The notes under the pieces are model-generated. The model searched no databases. It saw nothing but the letters and a program-made list of their open reading frames with translations, and had not been told where the DNA came from. A stretch of DNA of 64,000 nucleotides, from positions 146,124 through 210,123 of the forward strand of contig JBKHFJ010000001.1 of assembly GCA_046540255.1 (NCBI GenBank). Reading direction: 5' to 3'. Source of the stretch: Methanomassiliicoccales archaeon. GTDB taxonomy: Archaea; Thermoplasmatota; Thermoplasmata; Methanomassiliicoccales; JAAEEP01. Positions within the stretch are counted from its first letter, which is position 1; each line of letters starts with the position of its first letter. The position numbers and the translations under genes were made by a program. Below are positions 44,116 to 53,330 of the stretch, piece after piece.

Positions 44116-45084
44116 TTGAAGGGGATGATGGGTCCCAAGGTCAGGCTTTCGAACGGCGTGGAGCTCCATGACGGGGAGACGTTCTACTTCGATCCCCTGG
44201 AGCTGCGCCACAGGGGCGTCCACTGCATCTCCCACGCCCACTTCGATCACCTGCCCCAGAAGGTCATGGGCGACAGGGTGGTGTGCTCGGAGCTCACCCA
44301 CCGCTCCCTGTGCCACCGCATCGACCGAACGGTGGAGAGGGTGGAGCATTCCCGGGTGAGGTCGCTGGACGCGGGGCACATCGACGGATCGAACATGTTC
44401 CTGGTGGAGGGGGAGACCAGGACGCTGTTCACCGGGGACTTCTGCAACCGGGACCGATTCGGGATCCGGGGGGCGAGGCCGGAGAGGGTGGACACCCTGA
44501 TCATCGAGTCCACCTTCGGGGCCCCCAGGTACCGGTTCCCCCCGCCGGAGGAGGAGCTGAAGCGGGTGAGGGACTGGGTGGACGAGAACATGTCCAGGGG
44601 GAGATCGGTGGTGCTCATCTCCTACCCGCTGGGGAAGACGCAGGAAACCATCATGATGTTCGAGGACCTCCAGCCCTTCCTCTACGGCTCCGCCCTGCAC
44701 GTGACCCAGAGGGTGGACGAGAGGGGGCTCTCCTACCGTCCCTTCGATAGGGGGCTCGGAGGCCCGTCACTGATCATCTGGCCCACCGGGTCCAGGAGGT
44801 CCCGCCTCCTGGCGGAGATGAAGGATTGGGGGGCGGTCACGGCCGTACTCTCAGGGTGGGCCATGGATCCCTCGTACAGGTACAGGATGGGGGTGGATGA
44901 GGCCTTCACCATCTCCGACCACGCGGACTACCAGGGCCTGCTGGACTTCGTCCGGGACTGCGATCCCTCCCTGGTCTACACCCATCATGGGTTCGAGGGG
45001 GAGCTGGCCTCCGCGGTGAGAAAGGAGCTTGGCGTGGAGGCGTACGCCCTCAAACCGAATCAGAACAGCCTGCTGGACTACTGA
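44116..45084 (+). CDS. metallo-beta-lactamase / beta-CASP family nuclease (short form)
   Basis: 322 aa with TTG start (ATGs at 44125/44128). Has the HxHxDH motif ISHAHFDH, later ESTFG, and a C-terminal ISDHAD...THHG typical of beta-CASP motifs. Confidence 0.7.
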   Translation: MKGMMGPKVRLSNGVELHDGETFYFDPLELRHRGVHCISHAHFDHLPQKVMGDRVVCSELTHRSLCHRIDRTVERVEHSRVRSLDAGHIDGSNMFLVEGETRTLFTGDFCNRDRFGIRGARPERVDTLIIESTFGAPRYRFPPPEEELKRVRDWVDENMSRGRSVVLISYPLGKTQETIMMFEDLQPFLYGSALHVTQRVDERGLSYRPFDRGLGGPSLIIWPTGSRRSRLLAEMKDWGAVTAVLSGWAMDPSYRYRMGVDEAFTISDHADYQGLLDFVRDCDPSLVYTHHGFEGELASAVRKELGVEAYALKPNQNSLLDY

Positions 45085-46035
45085 TCACCACATGCGGGGA
45101 TAGGTGCCCGGCTCCATGAACACCCGCTCGGTGTCCGCGGCCAATCCCTCTTTCGAGTCCACCATCCCCTGGGCGTCCATCTTGGTCACCGCCAGGGCCA
45201 CTCCCTCCCCCTTCTCGGTGATCAGTGCGGCGGTCTCACCCTGGGATATCGAGGAGTCCACCTCTATGATCCCGACGACTGCCAGGTCGGCCCCGTGGCA
45301 TATGGCGTCCACCGCCGAGTCCTTGATCACCACCTTGGGCAGCGGCTCCAGCAGCACTTCCATGGGCATGAGCATCCTCCGCAGCCACCGGTCGTCCCCC
45401 TCCTTCCAGAAGACGAAGGCGTCCTTGAGATCGTGCAGGGTGACGGAGTCCTCTTCCCACATGCTGCCCGATCTGATCCGCCTCAGCTCCTCCATGTTCG
45501 CTCCCACGCCCAGTGCCTCCCCGATGTCCACGCACAGGGTGCGGATGTAGGTGCCCGAGTCGCAGGCCACCCGGAAAAGCACCCTCCTCCCCTCGATCTG
45601 CAGTATCCTGATCGAGTGGATCTCCCTCGTTCGCAGGGACCGCTTCACCGCCGAGCGCACCGGGGGCATCTGGTAGATCCTTCCCTGGAAGGAGAACATC
45701 ACCCTCCTGATGGCCTCCTCCCCCTTGTCCCTGTGCAGCCGCATCAGGCAGACGTACTCCTTGTCCGAGCTGAGGACCAGGTCCATGGCCCTCGTGGCCT
45801 TCCCGGTGGCCACGGGAAGCACCCCGGTGACCCTGGGGTCCAATGTGCCCCCGTGTCCCACCTTGTCCGTACCAACGATCTCCTTCACCCAGGCGGCCAC
45901 CTGATGGGAGGTGGGACCCTGCGGCTTGTCCAGGTTGATCACCCCCGAGGTCAGGAGCTCCTCCAGGCTCCGCTCCCTCGGCCGCCTGCCCCACTTCAGG
46001 GAGGGGGGGTTCCGGTCCCTGACCAGCCGGCTCAA
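45085..46035 (-). CDS. cbf5: H/ACA RNP pseudouridine synthase Cbf5 (TruB family with PUA domain)
   Basis: 316 aa with GVINLDKPQGPTSHQV and GHGGTLDPRVTGVLPV (catalytic Asp), plus a C-terminal PUA-like region. Confidence 0.9.
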   Translation of the reverse strand: MSRLVRDRNPPSLKWGRRPRERSLEELLTSGVINLDKPQGPTSHQVAAWVKEIVGTDKVGHGGTLDPRVTGVLPVATGKATRAMDLVLSSDKEYVCLMRLHRDKGEEAIRRVMFSFQGRIYQMPPVRSAVKRSLRTREIHSIRILQIEGRRVLFRVACDSGTYIRTLCVDIGEALGVGANMEELRRIRSGSMWEEDSVTLHDLKDAFVFWKEGDDRWLRRMLMPMEVLLEPLPKVVIKDSAVDAICHGADLAVVGIIEVDSSISQGETAALITEKGEGVALAVTKMDAQGMVDSKEGLAADTERVFMEPGTYPRMW

Positions 46036-46565
46036 TCGACATCACCCAGCCGTTCCAGGATGAGGTCGGCCACCCGCTCCGGGGAAAGGTCGGTGGTGTC
46101 CAGGATGAGGTCGTAGACCTCCCGGTCCAGGAGATCGATGCCGTAGTATTGCCAATACCTGGTCCGCTCACTCTCCTCTCGGGCATCTATCTGCTCCTTG
46201 GCCTTCTCCGGGTCGATTCCCTCCCTCTCCGCGACCCTTCTTGCCCTCTCCTCCAGATCGGCCTCCAGGAGCACCTTGAAGGCGGGTATGCCGTGCCGGG
46301 CGAGCATGTGCCCGGCCAACCTCCCCTCCATGATGATGTCCTCGCTCCCCCTGGCGATCTCCACCATGCGCCGGTCCAGCATCTTGTCGTACTGCGGGTC
46401 CTGCTCTGCCAGGTGGCCGAACTGCTCCAAAGTGAGGTCGTGGTTCCTGGCCATCTCCCTGAAGACGTTCCCGGAGATGACGCATTCCACGCTGAGCATC
46501 TCTGAGAGCCTCTCACAGACGGTGGTCTTGCCCGAGCCCGGGGGTCCGCTGATGGTGACCCTCAT
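46032..46565 (-). CDS. cmk: cytidylate kinase (archaeal type)
   Basis: 177 aa with the P-loop MRVTISGPPGSGKTT. Occupies the conserved archaeal position between DUF106 and cbf5. Confidence 0.85.
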   Translation of the reverse strand: MRVTISGPPGSGKTTVCERLSEMLSVECVISGNVFREMARNHDLTLEQFGHLAEQDPQYDKMLDRRMVEIARGSEDIIMEGRLAGHMLARHGIPAFKVLLEADLEERARRVAEREGIDPEKAKEQIDAREESERTRYWQYYGIDLLDREVYDLILDTTDLSPERVADLILERLGDVD

Positions 46566-47311
46566 CTCTCCTCCGACTCCTCGTCAGAGGTCTCCGCCGC
46601 CCGGGAGTCGCGTATGCCCAGCAGGCCCTTGAGGGTCTTGACCAGGGTGGGCCGCTCCTCGGGAGACCTCCCCTGTTCGATCTCGTGCAAACGCTTCCCG
46701 AAGTCGTAGTAGCGCAGAGCCCTCATCAGTATCTGTCCGAAGGGGAGGGAGATGGTGGAGTACAGGAGAATCCAGACCGGAAGCACGATGTTGTCGTTCA
46801 GGTCGACATTCTGGGCCCAGGGCACGGCGAACTGGGCGTTCTCCACCTGGCCCATGAAGACGGAGATCCAGGCGAAGATGGGGATGACCACGATCATGGA
46901 GATGGGGAGGAGCTTCAGCTGACTGGTGGAGACCTGCATGGACTTCTGCATGATCTCCTGCTGCTGGTCGGTCAGCTTCTTGATCTTGTAGGTGTTGTTC
47001 TCCATCCTGGCCTGCCTGAGCTCCTTGTTGAAGGCCTGAACGATCTTCTGGCTCTTGATCTGCTCCACGTGATCCGTGAAGAGGTGCCTCATGAGGATGG
47101 TGGTGCCGGTCATGATCATGCCGGTGAGGAACAGGGTGACCACCGGGTACTCCCCGTTGATCCCCACGATCGGCTCCAGCACGAAACCCACCGCCGCACC
47201 CAGCCCGCTTCGGAGGGAGGGATCGAACAATATGAACACGGCCAGTATGAACACGAATATGGTGACCATCCTGGACAGGCTCATTCCCTGCTGGTTCTGG
47301 GCCACGATCAC
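46562..47311 (-). CDS. DUF106 / EMC3-Get1-like membrane insertase homolog
   Basis: 249 aa. Three transmembrane segments with a coiled-coil loop (KELRQARMENNTYKIKKLTDQQQEIMQ). Occupies the conserved position downstream of secY in archaea. Confidence 0.7.
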   Translation of the reverse strand: MIVAQNQQGMSLSRMVTIFVFILAVFILFDPSLRSGLGAAVGFVLEPIVGINGEYPVVTLFLTGMIMTGTTILMRHLFTDHVEQIKSQKIVQAFNKELRQARMENNTYKIKKLTDQQQEIMQKSMQVSTSQLKLLPISMIVVIPIFAWISVFMGQVENAQFAVPWAQNVDLNDNIVLPVWILLYSTISLPFGQILMRALRYYDFGKRLHEIEQGRSPEERPTLVKTLKGLLGIRDSRAAETSDEESEER

Positions 47312-48876
47312 TCACCTCCGAAGAACTGCCGCAGTACCGGATGCATCTCCATCATCTGCTCCCTGCCCATAGATTCGTAGAACTGTATCAATATTCCGAC
47401 GGCCAGGAGAAGTCCCGTGCCCCCCGCGTTTCCCACCGTTCCGATGAGGTCCGCTCCAGCGGCCAGCGCTCCTATCAGGGCGCCGCTGATCACGGTGACC
47501 ACCGGGATGTACCTCTGTAACACCCTCTTCAGTACCCTCGGGTCCCTGCGGAATCCTGGTATCTGGAGACCGCTGCCCTCGATCTGCTTGGCCACTGCGT
47601 CCGGGCCCATGTTGGTGGTGTTTATCCAGAACTTGGCGAACACGATGCACCCCACCACCATCACGGTGAAGTAGCTGAGCACCCGCACCCCGATCTGCAG
47701 CGGGTTGTGGTCTCCCACCACGTCGCCGTACTGTCCAGGGTTAAGCATCGGCAACAGCCACTCGCTCAGACCCCTGGGTGCGGACAGGTACCAGGCCAGC
47801 CCTCCGGCCGCCTGGCTTTCCCCCGGCTCGAAGTAACCCAACCAGGCCTGTCCGCCTATCAGTGGCAAGTCGCTGTTGTAGAGGAGCATGGAGATCATGC
47901 TCACGTTGGCCAGCAGGGCGGCGATGAGGATGACCGGTATGACCGAGGCGTAGATGAGCTTGATGGGGTATCTACCCCTTGCTCCCCTGGCGGACCCGTG
48001 GGCCAGGGGGAGCTCTATGCGTGACGATTCCACGTAGGCGACGAACAGGAAGATGGTGATGGTGCCCACCAGGGCGATCATCGGGTTGGGATTCTGCAAC
48101 AGTATCCGCTCATAGCCCCCGCCGGCCAGCTCGGAGACCGACATGTTCTGCAGTATGTAGATGGTCTTGGGGATGGTGCCGGCCGGTGGGTTGGATAAAT
48201 CCATGGCGGTACCTGGTTCCACCGCGTTCCAGTTGAGGGTGCCGGTGAATATGGCCTCCGACACCCCGGCGGCGATGAACAGGGATATACCGCTCCCTAT
48301 GCCCCACTTGGAGATCACCTCGTCCATTAGGAACACCAGGTAGGCGCCTATGAACAGCTGGAAGATGATGATTATCCTGGCCAGGTTCATCCCGCTCAGG
48401 ATGCCCCCGGCGCCCACCACACCATCGAGGTTGGAGACCAGGCCGTCCGCCGGCACCAGGTAACCGAACACCTGCGGGATGGCGGTGATCAGGATCATCA
48501 AGATGACCATGAACTTCTGGACGCTCTGGTAGACCGCCTTGTCCTCCTCATTGGACAGGTCCAGCCTGATGATCTTGGCGCCCACGAAGAGCTGCATGAT
48601 GATGGAGGCGGTGACGATCGGTCCTATGCCCAGGTGCATCAGGGTCCCCTGGGCACCGGCCATGATGGCCCGGTACTGGGCGAAGAGGTCGACGGTCTGC
48701 TGCTGGTCCAGGCCGTACAGGAAGACGTTGGTCATCACGAAGTAGAAGACTATCACCAGGACGACCCACATCATCTTGGACCTGAAGTGGACGTGCCCCT
48801 CAGGTCTGCTGACGGCCGGTAACCTATCGCTAATCGGCTTCAGCTTGTAGAGCAGACTCTTGTCTTCCGCAGCCAT
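47308..48876 (-). CDS. secY: preprotein translocase subunit SecY
   Basis: 522 aa with 10 hydrophobic segments. Has the motif GIGPIVTASIIMQL and the typical position after rpl15. Confidence 0.95.
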   Translation of the reverse strand: MAAEDKSLLYKLKPISDRLPAVSRPEGHVHFRSKMMWVVLVIVFYFVMTNVFLYGLDQQQTVDLFAQYRAIMAGAQGTLMHLGIGPIVTASIIMQLFVGAKIIRLDLSNEEDKAVYQSVQKFMVILMILITAIPQVFGYLVPADGLVSNLDGVVGAGGILSGMNLARIIIIFQLFIGAYLVFLMDEVISKWGIGSGISLFIAAGVSEAIFTGTLNWNAVEPGTAMDLSNPPAGTIPKTIYILQNMSVSELAGGGYERILLQNPNPMIALVGTITIFLFVAYVESSRIELPLAHGSARGARGRYPIKLIYASVIPVILIAALLANVSMISMLLYNSDLPLIGGQAWLGYFEPGESQAAGGLAWYLSAPRGLSEWLLPMLNPGQYGDVVGDHNPLQIGVRVLSYFTVMVVGCIVFAKFWINTTNMGPDAVAKQIEGSGLQIPGFRRDPRVLKRVLQRYIPVVTVISGALIGALAAGADLIGTVGNAGGTGLLLAVGILIQFYESMGREQMMEMHPVLRQFFGGE

Positions 48877-48893
48877 GTCCCATCACGAATTGG

Positions 48894-49331
48894 CTACTGT
48901 GGCTCCAGAACACTCCCTCCGGCCGCCTCTATCTTCTCCCTGGCACTGTTGGAGGTGTCCGAGACTATGACCTGCATGGGGGTGGATACGTGGCCGGTCC
49001 CCAGCAACTTGTCCACTCCCATACTGTTCAGGTCAACAGTCATAAGATCGTTCTCCTTACGGGCTATCCCATCCCTCATCATGGAATCCAGTTGTTCTTC
49101 CAGATCTCCCACGTTCAGCGTGATTTGGGCTGAAACGACCTTCTGGGGCCGCTTGAAGCCTCGTCTCCCGAAATGCTCCGGGTCGTATTTAAGAATGCTC
49201 ATGAACTTGTGCTTGAGGAGGCCCGCGCCCCCATGGCCGCCAATCTTCCCGGCCCCACGTCCGGCCTTTTCACCGCGCCCATGGGTGCGGCTTCCTCTGA
49301 GCTTCTTGCTCCTGCTCGGCATTTCTATCAC
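48894..49331 (-). CDS. rpl15: 50S ribosomal protein uL15
   Basis: GTG at 49331 or ATG at 49322. SRSKKLRGSRTHGRG...GGHGGAG is typical of uL15. Confidence 0.9.
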   Translation of the reverse strand: MIEMPSRSKKLRGSRTHGRGEKAGRGAGKIGGHGGAGLLKHKFMSILKYDPEHFGRRGFKRPQKVVSAQITLNVGDLEEQLDSMMRDGIARKENDLMTVDLNSMGVDKLLGTGHVSTPMQVIVSDTSNSAREKIEAAGGSVLEPQ

Positions 49332-49798
49332 TCCTCCAGCATTCTATCGATGAGCTTGTTTATATCCTCGCCCCGGTATCCCAGAGCTCCCCCGTTCTGG
49401 TAGGACCTCTTCACCCCCTCGTATCCCTTGAGGGGGGGATGCAGCCTGAACACCGGCTTCATGTCCTTGATGTCCCTGAGCCTCGCCTCATCGTTGGCCA
49501 CGGCCTTGGATAGGGACATTATGGAGGTGAACTCGGAGTTCTCCATCACGTAGTTATCGTCAACTGCCCTGTCCCCCTTCAGACGGCCCCGGAACTTGAT
49601 CAGCCGGGCCAGCGTCTCCTCGGAGATCTCGCCGTAGGTCACGTAGTCCTTGACCTTCTGTATCATGCCCATGGCTGAGGGCGTCTGGGGAACGATGGAA
49701 CAGTGGTTCACCCTGGTGAGGTTCAGCACGTCCAGGGTATCCTCTATCTTCCCACTGACGTTGACCGGTCCTCGAACTCTAATAACTGCGTAAGCCAT
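49328..49798 (-). CDS. rpl30: 50S ribosomal protein uL30
   Basis: ATG at 49798 gives MAYAVIRVRGPVNV.... The track ORF (to 49843) runs back into rps5. Confidence 0.9.
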   Translation of the reverse strand: MAYAVIRVRGPVNVSGKIEDTLDVLNLTRVNHCSIVPQTPSAMGMIQKVKDYVTYGEISEETLARLIKFRGRLKGDRAVDDNYVMENSEFTSIMSLSKAVANDEARLRDIKDMKPVFRLHPPLKGYEGVKRSYQNGGALGYRGEDINKLIDRMLEE

Positions 49799-49802
49799 AT
49801 GA

Positions 49803-50510
49803 TCACTCTTCCTCGGCAACGGCCTCTTCGAAGTCCTCTTCACCGAGCGTCTCGCCCATGTGGATCTTGACCGGCCCGCTGACGATGTTCAATCTCTGGG
49901 CCTGCTCGTCGGTCACTCGGAGCTCCGAGGTCCTGACCAGGGCGTCGAAGGTGGCCAAAGCGTAGTTCACCGTGGTCTTGGTGTGCCCCTTGGCGAAACC
50001 CCAGGCGTCCTCTATCCCGGCCAGGGTGAGTATGCTCTTGGACACGTCGCCCACGGCCAGCCCGATTCCCCTGGGGGCCGGCTTCAGTGTCACCTCCACG
50101 GATCCGGACTTCCCGTGCACCTCCATGGGAAGGGTGTGCGGCGTACCGCATCCGCACTCCCACGATCCGCAACCTCGCTTGATCTCGATGACGTTCAGCT
50201 TGGCTATGTCGATGCCCTTCCTTATGGCGGGGCCCACCTCCTTTCCCTTGGCCCGGCCCAGGCCGATGAATCCGTCTCCGTTGCCCACGGCGCAGGTGGT
50301 CCCGAACTTGACCCTCCTCCCGGAGTCGGTCATCCTCTGGACCATGTTGAGGTCGATGACCTCGTCCTCCAGGTCGGGCAGCAGGGCGTCCACGATCTCC
50401 GGCTCGCGCAGCGGGAGCTTGGTGGCCAGGGCCGTGCTCAACGTGGTGATCTCCCCGTCGAGCACCATCTTGCCAAGTCTTGTCTTGGGGGTCCACTCCA
50501 AATCAATCAC
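49803..50510 (-). CDS. rps5: 30S ribosomal protein uS5
   Basis: 235 aa with [18 protein letters not shown] and GIGLAVGD motifs. Confidence 0.95.
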   Translation of the reverse strand: MIDLEWTPKTRLGKMVLDGEITTLSTALATKLPLREPEIVDALLPDLEDEVIDLNMVQRMTDSGRRVKFGTTCAVGNGDGFIGLGRAKGKEVGPAIRKGIDIAKLNVIEIKRGCGSWECGCGTPHTLPMEVHGKSGSVEVTLKPAPRGIGLAVGDVSKSILTLAGIEDAWGFAKGHTKTTVNYALATFDALVRTSELRVTDEQAQRLNIVSGPVKIHMGETLGEEDFEEAVAEEE

Positions 50511-51003
50511 CCTCTATCTTGTTCATGATGTTCTCAACTGACTCCCTGAGATCCTCGCCGATGTGATCCCCCATAAGCCTGTCCTCCGGGGGGAGCACTT
50601 CCTCGCCGTGCGGGATGTCCACACCGGCATCCAGCATCCCCTTGAGTGCGGCGAAGGGACAGCCGCCGACGGCCGGTACCTGAAGGCCGATGTCGAGCAC
50701 CGCGCTCTCGATGCCCTTCTCCACGGCTCTCTTCCCGGCCAGGTATCCGGTCAGGTAGGCGACGGGCAGGGTGCCGGTGGAGGCCTCCCAACCCATCTTC
50801 CGGATGTCCCGGGAGTGGGCCGTGGCCATCACACGGTCACCCTCTGGACCGTAATCTATGAACTGGATGGTGGTGTGGTTCTGGGACCGCCTCACCACCG
50901 CCCTGGGCATTCCGGAGCGCAGCAGTCTGGCCCGGTGGCGGTAATCCGTCCGCCCCTCCCGCCTGCGGCGGAAGGGGACCTTGTACCTGGGTCCCTTGGC
51001 CAT
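50503..51003 (-). CDS. rpl18: 50S ribosomal protein uL18
   Basis: 166 aa with the N-terminus [17 protein letters not shown] typical of archaeal L18/L5e. Confidence 0.95.
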   Translation of the reverse strand: MAKGPRYKVPFRRRREGRTDYRHRARLLRSGMPRAVVRRSQNHTTIQFIDYGPEGDRVMATAHSRDIRKMGWEASTGTLPVAYLTGYLAGKRAVEKGIESAVLDIGLQVPAVGGCPFAALKGMLDAGVDIPHGEEVLPPEDRLMGDHIGEDLRESVENIMNKIEGD

Positions 51004-51459
51004 TCAGATCTCCTCCTGGATGTGTCCCTCGGTGCGCAGGTGCAAGATGAGGTGGTTCCTGCTCTTGAACATCCCGCCCTTGGCCTTGAGGTAGAACTCC
51101 CTGTAGGCACTCCTGGAGATCTTCCCTTGGTCCCTGAGCTCCTTAAGCTCGGCCCTGATGGGGCGAATGGTGTGGATCCACCTGCTCTTTCTGGGACTTC
51201 TGGCGTAGGCGGAGCCTCTCCGGCTGCCCACACCCCTCCTGCGACCCTTGCCCTTCTGTGCCTGACCATGTCTGATCCGGCCGCGGGAGGTACCCCGTTT
51301 GGGGAGGGCGCGTATGGTCCCGGAGTCAATGGCAGTCCTAACATCTGCCCTGGTGATGGCGTCGGCCACGTCCTCGATCCGGTTGGGATCGATCCATATC
51401 CGGCCCTCGCCGCATCCCAGGATCTCCGCCGCCATTCTTCGTTGATTCTTAAGGTCCAT
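51004..51459 (-). CDS. rpl19e: 50S ribosomal protein eL19
   Basis: 151 aa starting MDLKNQRRMAAEILGCGEGRIWIDP. Confidence 0.95.
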   Translation of the reverse strand: MDLKNQRRMAAEILGCGEGRIWIDPNRIEDVADAITRADVRTAIDSGTIRALPKRGTSRGRIRHGQAQKGKGRRRGVGSRRGSAYARSPRKSRWIHTIRPIRAELKELRDQGKISRSAYREFYLKAKGGMFKSRNHLILHLRTEGHIQEEI

Positions 51460-51460
51460 T

Positions 51461-52225
51461 TCAACCCATCCTGTTCAGTATGTGAATGCCAAGCTCGTTG
51501 GCCCTCTTCTCAATCTCAAGCCTCTTCTTATATCCAACGGTTCCGCCTACCCTGGCCGCCTGCCTCTCGGGATCAAGGTCCTCCAGGTGGGAGGGGTTGT
51601 ATACCATTATCTCCTCGAATCCGGAGGAATGGAGTCCCCTCACCTTGGCGGGCTTCCTGAATCCAATGGAGGCACAAGGGGGGCGGTACTTGAGCCCCTT
51701 CCTCATCTTGCTGTGCAGGCCCTTGGGCCTCCTCCACTTAGTTCCCAGCTTCTGGTAGCGGAACCACTCCTGCCTGCGGAACTTGGGGGTCTTGCCCTTC
51801 TTGGACCTGCGGATCGCCAGGAGCTGGGAGGTCTCCTCGTCGAGCTGGGGCTTGGGGGCGGCGAAGTACCCGCCCTCCTCCACCACCTCGGAGGTCTCCT
51901 CTTCTTCCTCTTCCTCCTCGAGGATCTCCACGGTCTCCTCCTGGACCTCCTCCAGTTCGCTCTCGGGCTCCGCCGGGCTCTCTTCCTCTCCCCCCTCGGC
52001 CTCTCCCTCGAGGATGCCGTGATCCTCGATGAGCTCTATCCACTGGTCCCTGATCTTGGGGCCCACCCCGTTCAGGGCGGCCACGATCTCCTCGGATCGC
52101 TCGTCATCGTGGAGGGCGTCCAGAAGGTCGTCGAGGTTCTCGATCCCCATCTCCTGGAGCACCTGGAAATGTTCCTCCTTATAGTAGGGGAGGTCCGATA
52201 TCCTGCGTATCTCCTTTTCGCTCAT
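51461..52225 (-). CDS. rpl32e: 50S ribosomal protein eL32 with about 120-aa N-terminal extension
   Basis: The C-terminal 130 aa (KFRRQEWFRYQKLGTKWRRPKGLHSKMR...) form the eL32 core. The N-terminus has an HhH-like LNGVGPKI motif followed by a poly-Glu linker. Confidence 0.9.
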   Translation of the reverse strand: MSEKEIRRISDLPYYKEEHFQVLQEMGIENLDDLLDALHDDERSEEIVAALNGVGPKIRDQWIELIEDHGILEGEAEGGEEESPAEPESELEEVQEETVEILEEEEEEEETSEVVEEGGYFAAPKPQLDEETSQLLAIRRSKKGKTPKFRRQEWFRYQKLGTKWRRPKGLHSKMRKGLKYRPPCASIGFRKPAKVRGLHSSGFEEIMVYNPSHLEDLDPERQAARVGGTVGYKKRLEIEKRANELGIHILNRMG

Positions 52226-52773
52226 GCGTGCTCCCTCCTGGCCTTCTCAACGATGTATATGCCATCCTGGAATACCCTGGGATCGTAACCCCTGATCCTG
52301 GTGGCCCTCTCTATGTTGGCGGCCGTCTGTCCCACGGTCTCCAGGTTGGCCCCAGTGACCGTGACATCGCTGCCCTTGACGTCCACCTTCACCCCTTCCG
52401 GGATGGGAGTTGACCTGGGGCCCCTCTCCCCCATGAAGTTCTCTATGACGAAGCGGTTGCCCCTCACGTTGACCTTCATGGGAAAGTGGGAGTACACGAT
52501 CTTAAGCCTGCACTCGTAGTCCTCCTGGACTCCTTGGACCATGTTCCTGATGTGGGCCGCGAAGGTGCCCACCAGGGACTTCTCCCTGGTCCGGGGCATC
52601 CTGGAGCTGACCCTGATCTCCCCCGCTCCCACCTGGATGTCCACCCGGGGGTGGTGGAGCCGCTTGGTGATCTCTCCATTGGGTCCGGAGACCTTTACCC
52701 AAGGTCCCTTCCTCTCCGCGCTGACCCCCTCAGGGAGCTCTATGTGTTCCTCGATGATTCCGGTGATGGTCAT
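52222..52773 (-). CDS. rpl6: 50S ribosomal protein uL6
   Basis: 183 aa with two-domain L6 pattern, located between rps8 and rpl32e. Confidence 0.9.
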   Translation of the reverse strand: MTITGIIEEHIELPEGVSAERKGPWVKVSGPNGEITKRLHHPRVDIQVGAGEIRVSSRMPRTREKSLVGTFAAHIRNMVQGVQEDYECRLKIVYSHFPMKVNVRGNRFVIENFMGERGPRSTPIPEGVKVDVKGSDVTVTGANLETVGQTAANIERATRIRGYDPRVFQDGIYIVEKARREHA

Positions 52774-52784
52774 ATCGATCAGCC

Positions 52785-53177
52785 TCAGTAGACGAACGCC
52801 AGAAGCTTCCCCCCGACGCCCATCTCCTTGGCGCTCATGTGGCTCAGCACACCCTCGGTGGTGGTGAGTATGAGCACCCCGAAGTCCTGGGCGGGAAGAT
52901 ACCTGGACTCGTACTTGTCCAGCTCGTTCTTCTTGATCGCGTAGCGGGGCTTGATCACTCCGCAGTTGTTGATGGTCCCCTTCAATCGGACATCGAACAT
53001 CCCCGCCTTGCCGTCCTCGACCAGCTCGAACTGGTCGATGTACCCGCTCTCCTGCATTACCTTCAATACCCTACCTATCATCTTGGAGGAGGGCTTGATG
53101 ATGCAGTTACCCTTTCCCACAAGGGCGGCGTTCTTCATCGCTGACATGGCATCGTTAAGTGGATCGCTCTGCATCAT
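52785..53177 (-). CDS. rps8: 30S ribosomal protein uS8
   Basis: 130 aa with DPLNDAMSAMKNA at the N-terminus and GGKLLAFVY at the C-terminus. Confidence 0.95.
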   Translation of the reverse strand: MMQSDPLNDAMSAMKNAALVGKGNCIIKPSSKMIGRVLKVMQESGYIDQFELVEDGKAGMFDVRLKGTINNCGVIKPRYAIKKNELDKYESRYLPAQDFGVLILTTTEGVLSHMSAKEMGVGGKLLAFVY

Positions 53178-53183
53178 CTCACC

Positions 53184-53330
53184 TCATGAATACTTCTTGA
53201 ACCCGATCTGTGGCGCTATCTCCCTGAAACACTGCCGGCAGAGGTGCATTCCGTACCTCCTGACGATGCCGGTCTTACGGCCACAGCGTTGACAGCCCCT
53301 ATTCCTGCCGAAATCCTTCCTGGGTTTCAT
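53184..53330 (-). CDS. rps14: 30S ribosomal protein uS14 (zinc type)
   Basis: Not in the ORF track (48 aa). My translation is [48 protein letters not shown], with a CxxC...CxxC zinc motif. The start overlaps the rpl5 stop. Confidence 0.9.
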   Translation of the reverse strand: MKPRKDFGRNRGCQRCGRKTGIVRRYGMHLCRQCFREIAPQIGFKKYS

